This document shows, piece after piece, positions 18,062 through 28,350 of a stretch of 58,511 nucleotides of DNA. The stretch lies in the NCBI GenBank assembly GCA_050115495.1, contig JASFQK010000042.1, positions 1 to 58,511 on the forward strand. Reading direction: 5' to 3'. Under the pieces are notes generated by a model. The model made no database searches, was not told the DNA's origin, and saw nothing but the letters and a program-made list of their open reading frames with translations. This DNA is from Phycisphaerae bacterium (GTDB lineage Bacteria; Planctomycetota; Phycisphaerae; UBA1845; Fen-1342). The position numbers and the translations under genes were made by a program. Position 1 is the stretch's first letter; each line of letters starts with the position of its first letter.

Positions 18062-19942
18062 TCAGGCGCCGGACGACTCACGTCCGGTATCCTCCGCCGG
18101 CGTGGCCGGCTGCGGAACCCGCACCGTCACCCGCGTCCCCACGCCCGGCTCGCTCTCCAGTGTGACGGTCCCGCGCATGGCGGACACCGCGTGCCGCACG
18201 ATGGCGAGGCCCAGCCCGGTGCCCCGCGCCGGTCCCGAGCGAGCCCGCTCAACCTGGTAGAAACGCTCGAACACCCGGTCCCGATCCGCCTCCGGAATCC
18301 CACACCCCGTATCCGCCACCTCGAAGCTCACCTGCTCCGCCTCCCGCCGGGCCGTCAGCGACACGGTCCCGCCGGTCTCGGTGAACTTGATGGCGTTGTC
18401 CACGAGGTTGTCGAGCACGAGCTGCAACAGGTGGACGTTGACCATGATCGATCCCCCGTCGCCCATCTCCTCGGTGTACTGCCAGTTCAGGCCCTTGTCG
18501 GACATCACCTGGGAGAACCGCTCGGCCAGCGCCCGGGCCACGCGCACCACGTGCACCCGCTCCGGCTCGAACGTCGCCGTCCCCGATTCCAGCCGCGAGA
18601 GGTTGAGCAGGTCCGAGACCATCGCGCTGAGCCGGTCACTCTGGCGATCCACCACTTCGAGGAAGCCGGTGGCCGCCGGCGCCTCTTCGGCCAGGTCCAT
18701 GTGCAGCAGCGTCTCGATGGCCGCCCGAATCGTCGAGATCGGCGTACGCAGCTCGTGCGAGGCGTTGGCGACGAAATCCGTCTGCATGTCCATCGCCCGG
18801 CTCAGATCCGTAATGTCGGTCACCACCAGCAGCCAGCCAACAGCGTCGGCGATGACCGTCGGATCCGGCAGGGCCAGCTCGGTCACGCGGGCGAGCAGGT
18901 GTGAAGGGCCGCTGGCCAACTCGACCTTCAACCGCGCCTCGCGCGGACCGCTGCCAACCGTCCTCCGGTCCGGGGTCCGCTCGTGGGCCTCGCGGGCCTC
19001 CTGCAACATCCGCTGGAGGTCGTGCTGCGGGATGACTTCCTCAACGGCCCGCCCGCACAGGGCTTCGACCGACGCTTCGGGATCCCGGGTGAGGTCGAGC
19101 AGAGCCGCTGCCGCCGGGTTGATGAGCACGATCCGCCCGTCGCCGCCCACCACGACCACGCCCTCGCCGATCTGGTGCACGAGCGATTGCAGCATCCGGC
19201 GTTGGCGCTCGATGGTCTCGGTTTCCGCCAGGAGCCGCTGCCGCGTGTCGTTCAGGGCCCGGGCGACGCGGGCCCAGTCGTCCGTGCCGAGCACGTCGGC
19301 CCGGATGGTCAGATCTCCGGTGGCCATGCTCCGCGCCGCCCGCGTCACCCGGCGGAGCAGGGCCGTCCAGCGGTAGCGCATGGCGAAGGCGAGCGCGATC
19401 AGCACCACCACGCCCACCAGGACGAAGGCCGTCGCCACCCGCCCGAAGGGCTGTCGCTCGTTGTGAAACCGCCATACGGGCCGGGCCAGCCAGATCAGGA
19501 GCGGCGGCCCACTGTCGGTATCGACCCGCAGGGCCAGTACCCGGCTGGCCGAGGCCCGCTGGACGCCCGCCCGGGTGTCGATGCCCTCACCAGTTGCCAG
19601 CGCCGAACGAATCTCAGGATAGTGAAGGAGCGTGAGCGGTCCCGCCGGTACGCCGCCGCTGTCGACGAGGATCGTGCCGTCGGTCCGGGCGATGAACACC
19701 TTCGTGTCCGTCGCCGCCAACGTCTCGATCGTCGCTTCGAGCTGTTCGGCGTCCTGCTGCTCCCACCCGGGTCGCAAGGCGCGCGCCAGTACCCCGGCCT
19801 CCGCCCGCAGCTCGCGCTCGAGCGCGGCGTTGTACAGGTCGTCAATCTCGCCGGCAACGAACCAGAAGGTGAGCAGGAGTGCGATCAGGATCAGGAGGCC
19901 GCATCCCAGGAACACCTTCCAGGATAGACCGCCTGGCCTCAT
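18062..19942 (-). CDS. phoR: PhoR-like sensor histidine kinase (HAMP-PAS-HisKA-HATPase)
   Basis: DFVANASHELRTP, NLVDNAIKFT, DTGCGIP, FERFYQV and GTGLGLAIV; pst context. Confidence 0.9.
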   Translation of the reverse strand: MRPGGLSWKVFLGCGLLILIALLLTFWFVAGEIDDLYNAALERELRAEAGVLARALRPGWEQQDAEQLEATIETLAATDTKVFIARTDGTILVDSGGVPAGPLTLLHYPEIRSALATGEGIDTRAGVQRASASRVLALRVDTDSGPPLLIWLARPVWRFHNERQPFGRVATAFVLVGVVVLIALAFAMRYRWTALLRRVTRAARSMATGDLTIRADVLGTDDWARVARALNDTRQRLLAETETIERQRRMLQSLVHQIGEGVVVVGGDGRIVLINPAAAALLDLTRDPEASVEALCGRAVEEVIPQHDLQRMLQEAREAHERTPDRRTVGSGPREARLKVELASGPSHLLARVTELALPDPTVIADAVGWLLVVTDITDLSRAMDMQTDFVANASHELRTPISTIRAAIETLLHMDLAEEAPAATGFLEVVDRQSDRLSAMVSDLLNLSRLESGTATFEPERVHVVRVARALAERFSQVMSDKGLNWQYTEEMGDGGSIMVNVHLLQLVLDNLVDNAIKFTETGGTVSLTARREAEQVSFEVADTGCGIPEADRDRVFERFYQVERARSGPARGTGLGLAIVRHAVSAMRGTVTLESEPGVGTRVTVRVPQPATPAEDTGRESSGA

Positions 19943-19949
19943 GTCGGCG

Positions 19950-20660
19950 CTAGTCCTCGGTCAGCTCTGCAGTCGGTGCGCGGAAGGCGTAACCCACGCC
20001 ACGCACCGTCTGGATCCAGCCCGCCCCCGCGGCGAGCTTCTTGCGCAGGGCCGCCACATGCACGTCGATCGTTCGGTGGGTCACCGCCACGCCGAAGCCC
20101 AGCACCGAGTCGATGAGCTGCTCGCGGCTCAGCACGCGGCCCCGGGCGGACATCAACGCGCCCAGCAGGCGGAACTCCGTCGCCGTCAGCGCCACCGACT
20201 CGCCGTCCACTGTCACGTCGTGCCGGCCCCGATCCAGCGTGATCGGCCCGCCCGTGAGCACCTCGGACGGCTCGTTGGTCGCCTCCCGCCGGCGGAGCAC
20301 GGCGGCGATCCGCGCCAGCAGGAGCTTAATCGAAAAGGGCTTGCGGATGTAGTCATCGGCCCCGAGGGCGAAACCGACCAGCTCGTCGGTCTCTTCCGCC
20401 TTCGCCGTGAGCATGATGATCGGCACGCTCGCGCTGCGCGGGTCGCTCTTGAGCCGCATGGCGACGTCGTCGCCCGAAACCTTCGGCAGCATGCGGTCCA
20501 GCACGACGACGTCGGGCAGCCGGCGCTGTGTTTCGGTCAGCGCCTCCTGTCCGTCACCCGCCAGCCGGCAGTCGTAACCCTCGCGTTTCAGATGATACGT
20601 GAGGACGTTGGCCAGATCGGCCTCGTCCTCGACGACCAGGATCGACTTGCTCGTAGACAT
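19950..20660 (-). CDS. phoB: OmpR/PhoB-family response regulator
   Basis: ILVVEDE, LDRMLP, IIMLTAK, GADDYIRKPF, RTIDVHVAALRKKL and TVRGVGY; upstream of phoR-pst. Confidence 0.9.
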   Translation of the reverse strand: MSTSKSILVVEDEADLANVLTYHLKREGYDCRLAGDGQEALTETQRRLPDVVVLDRMLPKVSGDDVAMRLKSDPRSASVPIIMLTAKAEETDELVGFALGADDYIRKPFSIKLLLARIAAVLRRREATNEPSEVLTGGPITLDRGRHDVTVDGESVALTATEFRLLGALMSARGRVLSREQLIDSVLGFGVAVTHRTIDVHVAALRKKLAAGAGWIQTVRGVGYAFRAPTAELTED

Positions 20661-20804
20661 AGGGATGACTCGCGCTGGAACCAGGACCGCCACGCTGCAC
20701 CTCGCGCACCGCCGGCGCCTGTCTCGTGGCACGCTCGGGGGTCGACAAGGTGGTTGGCCCGTACCGCGGCCAACACAACGTCCAGCGTATCTGAACACAA
20801 CCAT

Positions 20805-20842
20805 GTTAAACCCGATTCACTGCAACGTTAAGGAATAGTCAA
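20805..20842 (-). promoter_or_regulatory. Putative Pho box array upstream of phoB
   Basis: Coding strand reads TTGAC-N6-TTAAC-N6-GTGAA-N6-TTAAC, an exact 11-bp phasing. Confidence 0.65.
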
Positions 20843-20950
20843 GTTCCGACACCCCGGCCCGGGTTGCCCCTCCGCCCCCTGCCCCCGATAATCCGCGTTC
20901 GAACACCTGGGGATTCGGCTCCCCGCACCCTCTCATCCGCCGAGGACGAC

Positions 20951-22528
20951 ATGTCAGACGTCAACGTCGGGGTCGTCTCCATCGCCTTCGCCCTGTACAC
21001 ACTAGCGATTGTCGCTGTCGGCATTTATTCCGCCCGTTACGCCCGCCGCAGCGACGAGGACTACTTCCTCGCCGGGCGGTCGCTCGGGGCTTGGACGGCG
21101 GCCCTGTCCGCCTCGGCCTCCAGCGAATCGGGCTGGGTCACGCTGGGGTTGGTCGGCTGGGCCTATGGTTCCGGCGTGTCGGCCTACTGGATCATCCCCG
21201 GCTGCCTGTTTGGGTTCCTGTTTAACTGGTTCATCGTCGCCCGGCGCCTGCGCGACCGGGCCGAGCAATTGCAGGCCCTTACCCTGCCCGACCTGTTCGC
21301 CTTCCACTATGGCGAGCGCCTCCCACTGCTCCGCGGCCTGAGCGTCATCGTGATCCTGGCGTCGATGCTGCTCTACGTCGCCGCCCAGTTCGCCGCCGCC
21401 GGCAAGGCCTTCGCCGCCACGTTCGGCGGCTACTTCGAGAGCATCGCCCAGCAGGCGTTTCACGTCAGCTACGCCGGCCTCGACTACCACGTCGGCGTGC
21501 TCGCCGGTGCAGCGATCGTCCTGCTCTACACCGTCACCGGCGGCTTCCGCGCCGTCTGCTGGACCGACTTCCTGCAAGCACTGCTCATGGTCGGCACACT
21601 CGTCATCTTCCCCTTCTATGTCCTCTTCACCTGCGACGGCGGCTACGCCTTCATCATTCGCGAGTTTCAGTCCGATCCGGCGGGGCAGGGCCTCCTCTCC
21701 TTCATCCCCCCCTTCAACACGCAGGCCCAGACCGCCGCCTTCATCGGCTTCCTCTTCGGCAGCGGCGCCCTCGGCATCAACTTCGGCTACCCCGGCCAGC
21801 CCCACGTCCTCGTCCGTTTCATGGCCCTCCGCAGCCGCAAGGAGGCCGTCATCGGCGGCTTCGTGTCGGCGACGTGGGCCATCCTCGTCTACTGGGGCGC
21901 CGTCACCATCGGCCTGCTGGCCCGGGCCATGTCCATGAAGGGCGTCGAGTGGACCGCCCCGCTCGCGACGTCAGACGCAGCCCAGGAACTCGGCCTGGTC
22001 CTCTCCGCCATGCACATGCTGCCGGCGGTGCTCTCCGGGCTCGTGCTGGCCGCGGTGCTGGCGGCCATCTGCTCCACCGCTGACAGCCAGCTCGTCGTCG
22101 CGGCCAGTGCCGCCGCCAACGACCTCTACGCCCGCCTGTTCTCTCGCTCGGGCCGCACGTCGCACCTGATCGTCAACCGCCTCACCGTTCTGGTCCTGGG
22201 TGTGCTGGCGGTGCTGGTGGTGATCAACCGTCAGGTGACCGTCTACCAGATGGTGCTGACGTACGGCTGGGCGATGCTCGGGGCGGCGTTCGGCCCGCAG
22301 ATCATCCTGATGCTCTTCTGGCGGCGGAGCAGCTACGCCGGCTGCCTCGCCGGCATGATCGTCGGCTTCGACGTAGCCCTGCTCTGGCAGTTGATATACG
22401 CGGCCAAAATCGAGGACCAGACCGGCATCCACATCTACAACCTGCCCCTGGCCTTCATCTCTGCGTTGCTGGCACACATCGCAGTAAGCTACATCGTCCC
22501 CACCCGCCCCCCGCGCGCCACAACCTAA
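20951..22528 (+). CDS. putP: Sodium/proline symporter (SSS family)
   Basis: DYFLAGRSLG, ALSASASSESGW, GGFRAVCWTD, GYPGQPHVLVRFMA and STADSQL; GAGGA RBS. Confidence 0.88.
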   Translation: MSDVNVGVVSIAFALYTLAIVAVGIYSARYARRSDEDYFLAGRSLGAWTAALSASASSESGWVTLGLVGWAYGSGVSAYWIIPGCLFGFLFNWFIVARRLRDRAEQLQALTLPDLFAFHYGERLPLLRGLSVIVILASMLLYVAAQFAAAGKAFAATFGGYFESIAQQAFHVSYAGLDYHVGVLAGAAIVLLYTVTGGFRAVCWTDFLQALLMVGTLVIFPFYVLFTCDGGYAFIIREFQSDPAGQGLLSFIPPFNTQAQTAAFIGFLFGSGALGINFGYPGQPHVLVRFMALRSRKEAVIGGFVSATWAILVYWGAVTIGLLARAMSMKGVEWTAPLATSDAAQELGLVLSAMHMLPAVLSGLVLAAVLAAICSTADSQLVVAASAAANDLYARLFSRSGRTSHLIVNRLTVLVLGVLAVLVVINRQVTVYQMVLTYGWAMLGAAFGPQIILMLFWRRSSYAGCLAGMIVGFDVALLWQLIYAAKIEDQTGIHIYNLPLAFISALLAHIAVSYIVPTRPPRATT

Positions 22529-22547
22529 CCCCCGCGCAATCTTTTCC

Positions 22548-22585
22548 TTGCCTAGTTGCCTCGTTGCCTGGTTGCCTCGTTGCCT
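22548..22585. repeat. 8-bp tandem repeat (TTGCCTNG, ~4.7 copies)
   Basis: Visible directly; the reverse-complement form AGGCAACN occurs at 51571-51592. Both lie between convergent genes. Confidence 0.7.
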
Positions 22586-22597
22586 TCTTCCTCCCCC

Positions 22598-24070
22598 TCA
22601 CCCATTCGCATACCGCGTCTCCACGAGCATGCGTCGCAAATGCAGGAACCACAGCAGCAGCGCCGCCGCTGGCGGCACGACCGGGATCGCGGCCAGCAGC
22701 AGGCCGCGCTCCACCGATCCGAGCAGTGGCAAGGACACTTCGCGCGTCATCCCCGGCAACCCGTAGATCCACTTCACGGCGTACGCCGCCCCGATCCCCA
22801 GCACGACGGGCACCAGCAGCCACGCCGCCGAATAGCACAGCACCACGCTCCGCCGCGTCGCCTCGCGAAAGCCAAAGCCCGTCACCAGCAGTCCCACCGC
22901 CAGCAGCAAGCCGAGGAAGCCCAGCCCGCCTATCAGACCCATTCGCAGCAGCACCAGCCAGATGTGCATCCTCCACATCTCGGCGTCCGCCGGCGAGAAC
23001 TCGTAGAACATCGCCAGTGCATCATCGTAGCTCTCGCGGCTCGTCAGCACCCACGGCGCGATCGCCGCGGCCGTCAGCAATCCGACCAGGACGGCGGTGA
23101 TGACGGCGAAACGCCGAGCCGCCCGCTGCCCCTGACACACGCACGTGGTCCGCGCGAACCGCGTCCCAAACAGCGCCGCCCACAACGTCTGGGAATACCC
23201 CACCGAAACCCCCAGCAACCCTCGCTCCCGGGCGAACGTCGGCAGGGCCCGCCGCTCCGGCAGCGATTCAGCTACCGGCCGTCCGCACTCCGGACAGCGC
23301 CCGGTGACCGGCAACATCGTCAGTTCGTACGCACAGCCCTCGCAGCGCAGGGCCCGCGGCAGCCATCCCGGTCCCGCCGCCGGCCCTCCGTACCGGTCGC
23401 CCAGCCGCAGCAGGACACTGAGCCACCAGGCGAACCCGGCCAGGACGAGCGTATAGGTGATCAGACTCATGTCCGGGTAGGGGATGTCCAGCAGCTCCGT
23501 GTTTCGAACCAGATACGCCACCCCCGTCGCCAGCGGCACGAAGCACGCCGTGCTCCACAACACCAGCTTGACGCTGCGCAAGTACAGCCGCGCTCGCGAC
23601 TCGCCGGCGGCGAACATCGGTACGAACACCACCGCGCTCAGCCACACCACGGCTTCGATGACGAGCACGACCAGCAGGAACCGGAGCACGTCCTCCCACG
23701 AATCCAGCATCGTGTGGCAATACAGCACGAAGCCCGCCAACGGCCGCCGCAGAAACTCGCTGAACGTGAGCACCGCCGCATAGCCCCCGGCCGGCGACAC
23801 GATCTGCGCCGACTCCCACAAGTAGGCGAACTGCGACCCCACGGCCACGATAATCGCCATGAAATGCACAAGGTAGGCCGCCACCCAGCTCGACGCGGCC
23901 ACATGCGGACCCAGCCGCCGCGGCGCGATGATCGCGAGCACCGCCGCCGGCAGCGCCAGCGGCCAGGAAATCCGCCAGGCCCGCACGACCGGCGTGGCCG
24001 GCAGCGCTGGGTAACTGCCGGCAACCAGCTCCGGAGCGGCGTCAGTGACAGGCGGCACGGGTACAGACAT
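22598..24070 (-). CDS. Multi-pass membrane protein with a central zinc ribbon
   Basis: Many hydrophobic segments; CEGCAYELTMLPVTGRCPECG. Confidence 0.75.
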   Translation of the reverse strand: MSVPVPPVTDAAPELVAGSYPALPATPVVRAWRISWPLALPAAVLAIIAPRRLGPHVAASSWVAAYLVHFMAIIVAVGSQFAYLWESAQIVSPAGGYAAVLTFSEFLRRPLAGFVLYCHTMLDSWEDVLRFLLVVLVIEAVVWLSAVVFVPMFAAGESRARLYLRSVKLVLWSTACFVPLATGVAYLVRNTELLDIPYPDMSLITYTLVLAGFAWWLSVLLRLGDRYGGPAAGPGWLPRALRCEGCAYELTMLPVTGRCPECGRPVAESLPERRALPTFARERGLLGVSVGYSQTLWAALFGTRFARTTCVCQGQRAARRFAVITAVLVGLLTAAAIAPWVLTSRESYDDALAMFYEFSPADAEMWRMHIWLVLLRMGLIGGLGFLGLLLAVGLLVTGFGFREATRRSVVLCYSAAWLLVPVVLGIGAAYAVKWIYGLPGMTREVSLPLLGSVERGLLLAAIPVVPPAAALLLWFLHLRRMLVETRYANG

Positions 24071-24073
24071 CCG

Positions 24074-25498
24074 TCACTCTTCCAGGTCCGGACGCGGCAC
24101 GGAGTAGGCGTTCACCTGGGCATGGCGGCCCAGACCATACATGAGCACGATCGCGTGCTCGGTCTTGATCGGCCGCGCCGACCGTAACGTGTACCCGCTG
24201 GCGTCGTGGCGCTCGTACACGAACGGCTTGTTCGCCAGCAGATCCGTCGGCACCGCGGACAGGTAGCGCGGCACCAGTTCCGCCAGCGTCTCCGGGTACG
24301 TGCCCTGGTCGTGCTTGTACGCGGACAGGGCCAGCATCACCACGACGGCCCGTCGCCACATGACGTCCAGCATCACGGGCTCCAACCCGGAGAGGTCGAT
24401 GGTGTTCAGCATGCTGCCCACCGGCCCGTCCAGCACGTTCACTTTCACATGCTGTAACCCCCACACCCGTAGCGATGCCAGGGCCGTGCCGTAGTCCTGC
24501 TCGTCCAGTCGCGTGAGCGTCTTCTCGAGCCCGGTGAGCTTCCCCGCCACCGTCCGCCGGTCGTTGAAGATGGGCGAGAGCAGGTTCCAGGCCCCGCTCC
24601 GCGGCGTGGTCATCGCCGACCCCACCATGAACGGATGCTGGTCCATCGACGACAGCACCAGCCAACCGTTACCCGTGCCATCATCCGTGTAGTGCCGGTC
24701 GAGGAACGCGTCGACGCCTCCCGAACCCAGGCTCAGCCGAGCCACGGCATCGCTGAACCGAAACGGCAGCTCGTCCGTCAGCAGCGTGATCGTATCCGCG
24801 GCGACCCTCGGCGGCAGATCATGCTCCTGAGCGAGGAAAACCAGCTCCGCCATGTCGGGACTGGACCCGCGCGCTGCGTAGCCCAGCGGCAGACAGACTT
24901 GCCGGAACAACGCCAGGTACGTCGCCGCCCGCAGATCACGCAAAGCCCCGGCCAGATCGCCCTGGCTCGCGTGGCGCTGTCGAGCACGCACAGCCAAAGC
25001 CGCCACGGCCACGTCAGCCTCGTACGTGTGCCACGTGGCCGGCCCGCCGAGGCGACGCAGCGCCTTCGACTCCTCCGTCGCTATCCGCTCCCGCAGCGTC
25101 TCACATTGCTCCACGATCTGATTGAGCACGCCGACCGTCGCCGGCCGCGCCAGGTACGCTTCGATCTCTTGCAGATCCTCCCGCGACGCCGGATCCCACG
25201 GACCGCACAGCGTCGTGCCGAACCGCTCCCAGAAGTTCCAGGTCCAGGGATAAGAGGGACCGGAACCGGGTGTCGGCGGCGGTGGCAGCCGGCCGGTCAG
25301 CTCCAGCAGCTCTTCCGCCGCATCGCCCGCGGTTTGCCCTGCCATGGTCTGCGTGGCCGCGGCCGGCAACGCTGTCCAACGCACATAGCTGAACCAGCCA
25401 AACCACAGCGCAACAATCCCCACCACCCCCAGCCGCACCCACACCCACGGCCCCAAACGCCGGCGGGGTGCACGGACTGGCGTGCTGCTCTCGGTCAC
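24074..25498 (-). CDS. Hypothetical membrane-anchored protein with a GspG-like C-terminal motif
   Basis: N-terminal TM segment; C-terminus ALSAYKHDQGTYPETLAELVPRYL..VPTD...KPFVY. Start chosen at GTG 25498 to avoid overlapping the upstream gene. Confidence 0.7.
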   Translation of the reverse strand: MTESSTPVRAPRRRLGPWVWVRLGVVGIVALWFGWFSYVRWTALPAAATQTMAGQTAGDAAEELLELTGRLPPPPTPGSGPSYPWTWNFWERFGTTLCGPWDPASREDLQEIEAYLARPATVGVLNQIVEQCETLRERIATEESKALRRLGGPATWHTYEADVAVAALAVRARQRHASQGDLAGALRDLRAATYLALFRQVCLPLGYAARGSSPDMAELVFLAQEHDLPPRVAADTITLLTDELPFRFSDAVARLSLGSGGVDAFLDRHYTDDGTGNGWLVLSSMDQHPFMVGSAMTTPRSGAWNLLSPIFNDRRTVAGKLTGLEKTLTRLDEQDYGTALASLRVWGLQHVKVNVLDGPVGSMLNTIDLSGLEPVMLDVMWRRAVVVMLALSAYKHDQGTYPETLAELVPRYLSAVPTDLLANKPFVYERHDASGYTLRSARPIKTEHAIVLMYGLGRHAQVNAYSVPRPDLEE

Positions 25499-25539
25499 CC
25501 TGCCCGGACTCCTCCCGTCAGCCGGCCCGGTGCCGCCCG

Positions 25540-26580
25540 CTACCACTGCTTCATGAGGGCCACACCGGTCGTGCCGGTTGCCGGATCGGCGTACGGAATC
25601 ACCTTCATCCCGAACAGCTCGGGAAACTCCGCCTTGTTGTCGCGGGCGATCGACGTACCCACCACGTACCCCAGCACCGCGCCGAACACCACGTCGGAGA
25701 AATCGTGCACGCGCGAGTCCAGCCGCTGGTAACCCACCAGCCCGGCCATCGCCAGCGACGGCACGCCCACCCACGGGCCATAGTACTCATTCAGCACCGC
25801 CGCCACCGTAAACGCGCTCGACGTGTGCCCGCTCGGCCAGCCGTGCCGCTCTCCGTCCGGCGTGCGCGTGTTGGCCGCCCCCTTCAGCAGCAGCGTGGAC
25901 ACGCCGTTCACGGCCAGCGCCTGAGCCAGCGACTTGGCGACCTCGTGCTCTCTCTCATCCTCGAGCAGCGTGCTCGTCAGCCATAGGACACCCGTGGCCG
26001 CGAAGTGCGTGCCGGGGTGCCCGAGAAGCTGGATCGGTTCGTCGAAGTCGCCCAACTGGCGATGGCCGAGCGTCCGCCGGCGAACCGCGTCGTCCACGCC
26101 GGTCTCACGGATGGCGACGCTGGCTCCCATCGTCGCCGTCAGCACGAGGGCATTCTCCAGATCCCAGTACGTCGTCTTGAAGCCCCGCCAGAAATCATGC
26201 CCGCCCAGCGCCTTCGCCTCGTGGCCCATCTGGTGCCACACGTCCTTCCGCCAGTATCCCTCCGGCACGAGCGCACGCGGCGCATCCGGCTGGCTCGTCG
26301 GCGGTTCATCGTCCCACGCCAGCGTCCCCAGCAGCATGGGCGAATCCGCCGGCACGTTCACCGCCGGCAACAGCGCCGCCACCGGGTACGCCACCGGCCT
26401 CCGGGCCTGCTCCGCGGCGGCGGTCAGCTCCGCCACGTGCTCTACCCGATAGTGCTCGATCGCATCGCGGACGGTGAGCTCCTGCGTCACAGGCGTGCGC
26501 GCTGCGCCGCAGCCGGCGACAGCAGCCACCAGCAACCCCGCCAGTCCACCACCGCACCACAACCGCATCCTGCCGTGCAT
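25540..26580 (-). CDS. PAP2-family phosphatase lipoprotein
   Basis: K..A..RTP, WPSGHTS and R..SRVHDFSDV motifs; lipobox-like VAGC. Confidence 0.85.
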   Translation of the reverse strand: MHGRMRLWCGGGLAGLLVAAVAGCGAARTPVTQELTVRDAIEHYRVEHVAELTAAAEQARRPVAYPVAALLPAVNVPADSPMLLGTLAWDDEPPTSQPDAPRALVPEGYWRKDVWHQMGHEAKALGGHDFWRGFKTTYWDLENALVLTATMGASVAIRETGVDDAVRRRTLGHRQLGDFDEPIQLLGHPGTHFAATGVLWLTSTLLEDEREHEVAKSLAQALAVNGVSTLLLKGAANTRTPDGERHGWPSGHTSSAFTVAAVLNEYYGPWVGVPSLAMAGLVGYQRLDSRVHDFSDVVFGAVLGYVVGTSIARDNKAEFPELFGMKVIPYADPATGTTGVALMKQW

Positions 26581-26820
26581 AACTGGTCCTCCCTGGCCCC
26601 GCCGGTGCTTCCCAAGCCTGCCTGCCGGCGGATCGCCGCAGATTCTACTTCCCCGCCCCAGCCCCCGCGACCACCGCCGCCGTAGACACGCCCTTTCAGA
26701 ACCTGACCCTTGGCACGCCCACCCGTTTGTGCTATTATTATGTTTGGTGTTTGTTAGCTATTCAGCCCACCGCTGGAATGCACGGGAACGGATGCCGACG
26801 GGGACGAGGATGCCCAGACC

Positions 26821-28344
26821 GTGGCCGACGTCAGGCGGCTTTGCCTGTACATGCCGCTGCTGCCGGCGGACCGGGTGCTGCGCGATGGCGATTGGGGCCT
26901 GGAGCAGCGCCCGGCGCCGCTGGCGCTCACCCGCCGATCCGGCTCTTCGCTGCTGATCGCCCACGTCGACGTCGAGGCGGCCCAGCTCGGCCTGCGGCCC
27001 GGTCTGACCGTCGGACAGGCCCACGCCCTCGTGCCGGAACTGACGCTGCGGCCGCACGATCCCGCCGCCGACCGCGCCGCCCTGTACCGCCTCAGCGCGT
27101 GGGCGATCCGCTTCAGCCCGCTCGTCGAGCCCGTCGAGCCCGACACGCTGCTGATCGACGTCACCGGCTGCCAGCGGCTCTTTCACGGCGAGGAGAACCT
27201 CGCCCAGCAGGCGGCGGAGGGACTGCGGCGACAGGGTTTCCACGCCCGGGCGGCCATTGCCGACACGGTCGGGGCCGCCTGTGCTCTGGCCGTCGCCGGT
27301 CCGGAAGCAGTCACGATCGCCCCGCCGGGACAAACCGCCGCGTACCTGGCGCCGCTGCCATCGAGCGCGCTACGTATCGCCCCGGACGTGGCCGCCCGCC
27401 TCGACACGCTGGGGCTGCGGACGATCGGCGACCTGTTGAAGCTGCCGCGGGCGTCGCTGCCGGCGCGGTTCGGCTCGGCATTGGTGCTCCGCTTGCAGCA
27501 GGCCCTCGGCGAGGTGTTCGAGGGGCTCGCCGCGGTCGAGCCCCAGCCACACCCGCATACCCGCCTCCGCTTCGACGAGCCCCTGCACGAATGGCCGCAC
27601 CTACGACCGGCGGCGGAGCAGCTACTCGACGAGCTGTTTACGCAACTCGCTGCGCGAGACCGCGCCATTCGCCGACTCGACGTCACACTCTGCTTCGAGC
27701 GCACCCCGCCCCTGTCGCTCTCTGTCGGCCTGTCGCGGGCCTCACGCTCGGCGGAGCACGTCGGCACATTGCTCGACCAACGCCTCGAACGAGTGGATCT
27801 GTCACCGGGTGTCAGCGGATTGATGCTCGTCGCCCGCGAGACATCGCCCTGGCGAGCACCTCAGGCCGACTTGTTCACCCCGCAAACCGCTGGAGATGAG
27901 GAGCGGCTCGGCTGCCTGGTCGATCGCCTCGTCGCCCGGCTGGGACCGGCGGCCGTCGTCCGCCCCGAGCTGCTGGACGACCACCAGCCCGAGTGCGCCT
28001 TCCGCTACGTATCCGTGGCCGATGTAGGTTGCGCCCCCAGCAAACCAGCCCAGCGACCGGCGACCCTGACCACACTGCCGCGACCGCTGCAACTATTGAG
28101 CCGCCCCGTGCCGATCCGCGTCATCGCCCTGGTTCCCGACGGGCCACCCACCTGGCTCGCCTGGCAGGGCCGCGAATACGTCGTGGCCGCTGCCGCCGGC
28201 CCCGAGCGTCTGGAGACCGCCTGGTGGCGCGGCCCCGACGTCCGCCGCGACTACTTCCGCGTCACCGCCGAAACCGGCGAGCAGTTCTGGATCTTCCACG
28301 CGGGCGACGACCGGCGATGGTACCTGCACGGCATTTTCGCCTGA
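26821..28344 (+). CDS. imuB: ImuB-like Y-family DNA polymerase homolog
   Basis: GLRPGLTVGQAHAL, FSPLV, LLIDVTGCQRLFHGE, LVDRL.ARLG, GPERLETAWW, RDYFRV and WYLHGIFA. Confidence 0.9.
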   Translation: MADVRRLCLYMPLLPADRVLRDGDWGLEQRPAPLALTRRSGSSLLIAHVDVEAAQLGLRPGLTVGQAHALVPELTLRPHDPAADRAALYRLSAWAIRFSPLVEPVEPDTLLIDVTGCQRLFHGEENLAQQAAEGLRRQGFHARAAIADTVGAACALAVAGPEAVTIAPPGQTAAYLAPLPSSALRIAPDVAARLDTLGLRTIGDLLKLPRASLPARFGSALVLRLQQALGEVFEGLAAVEPQPHPHTRLRFDEPLHEWPHLRPAAEQLLDELFTQLAARDRAIRRLDVTLCFERTPPLSLSVGLSRASRSAEHVGTLLDQRLERVDLSPGVSGLMLVARETSPWRAPQADLFTPQTAGDEERLGCLVDRLVARLGPAAVVRPELLDDHQPECAFRYVSVADVGCAPSKPAQRPATLTTLPRPLQLLSRPVPIRVIALVPDGPPTWLAWQGREYVVAAAAGPERLETAWWRGPDVRRDYFRVTAETGEQFWIFHAGDDRRWYLHGIFA

Positions 28345-28350
28345 CCCCCA

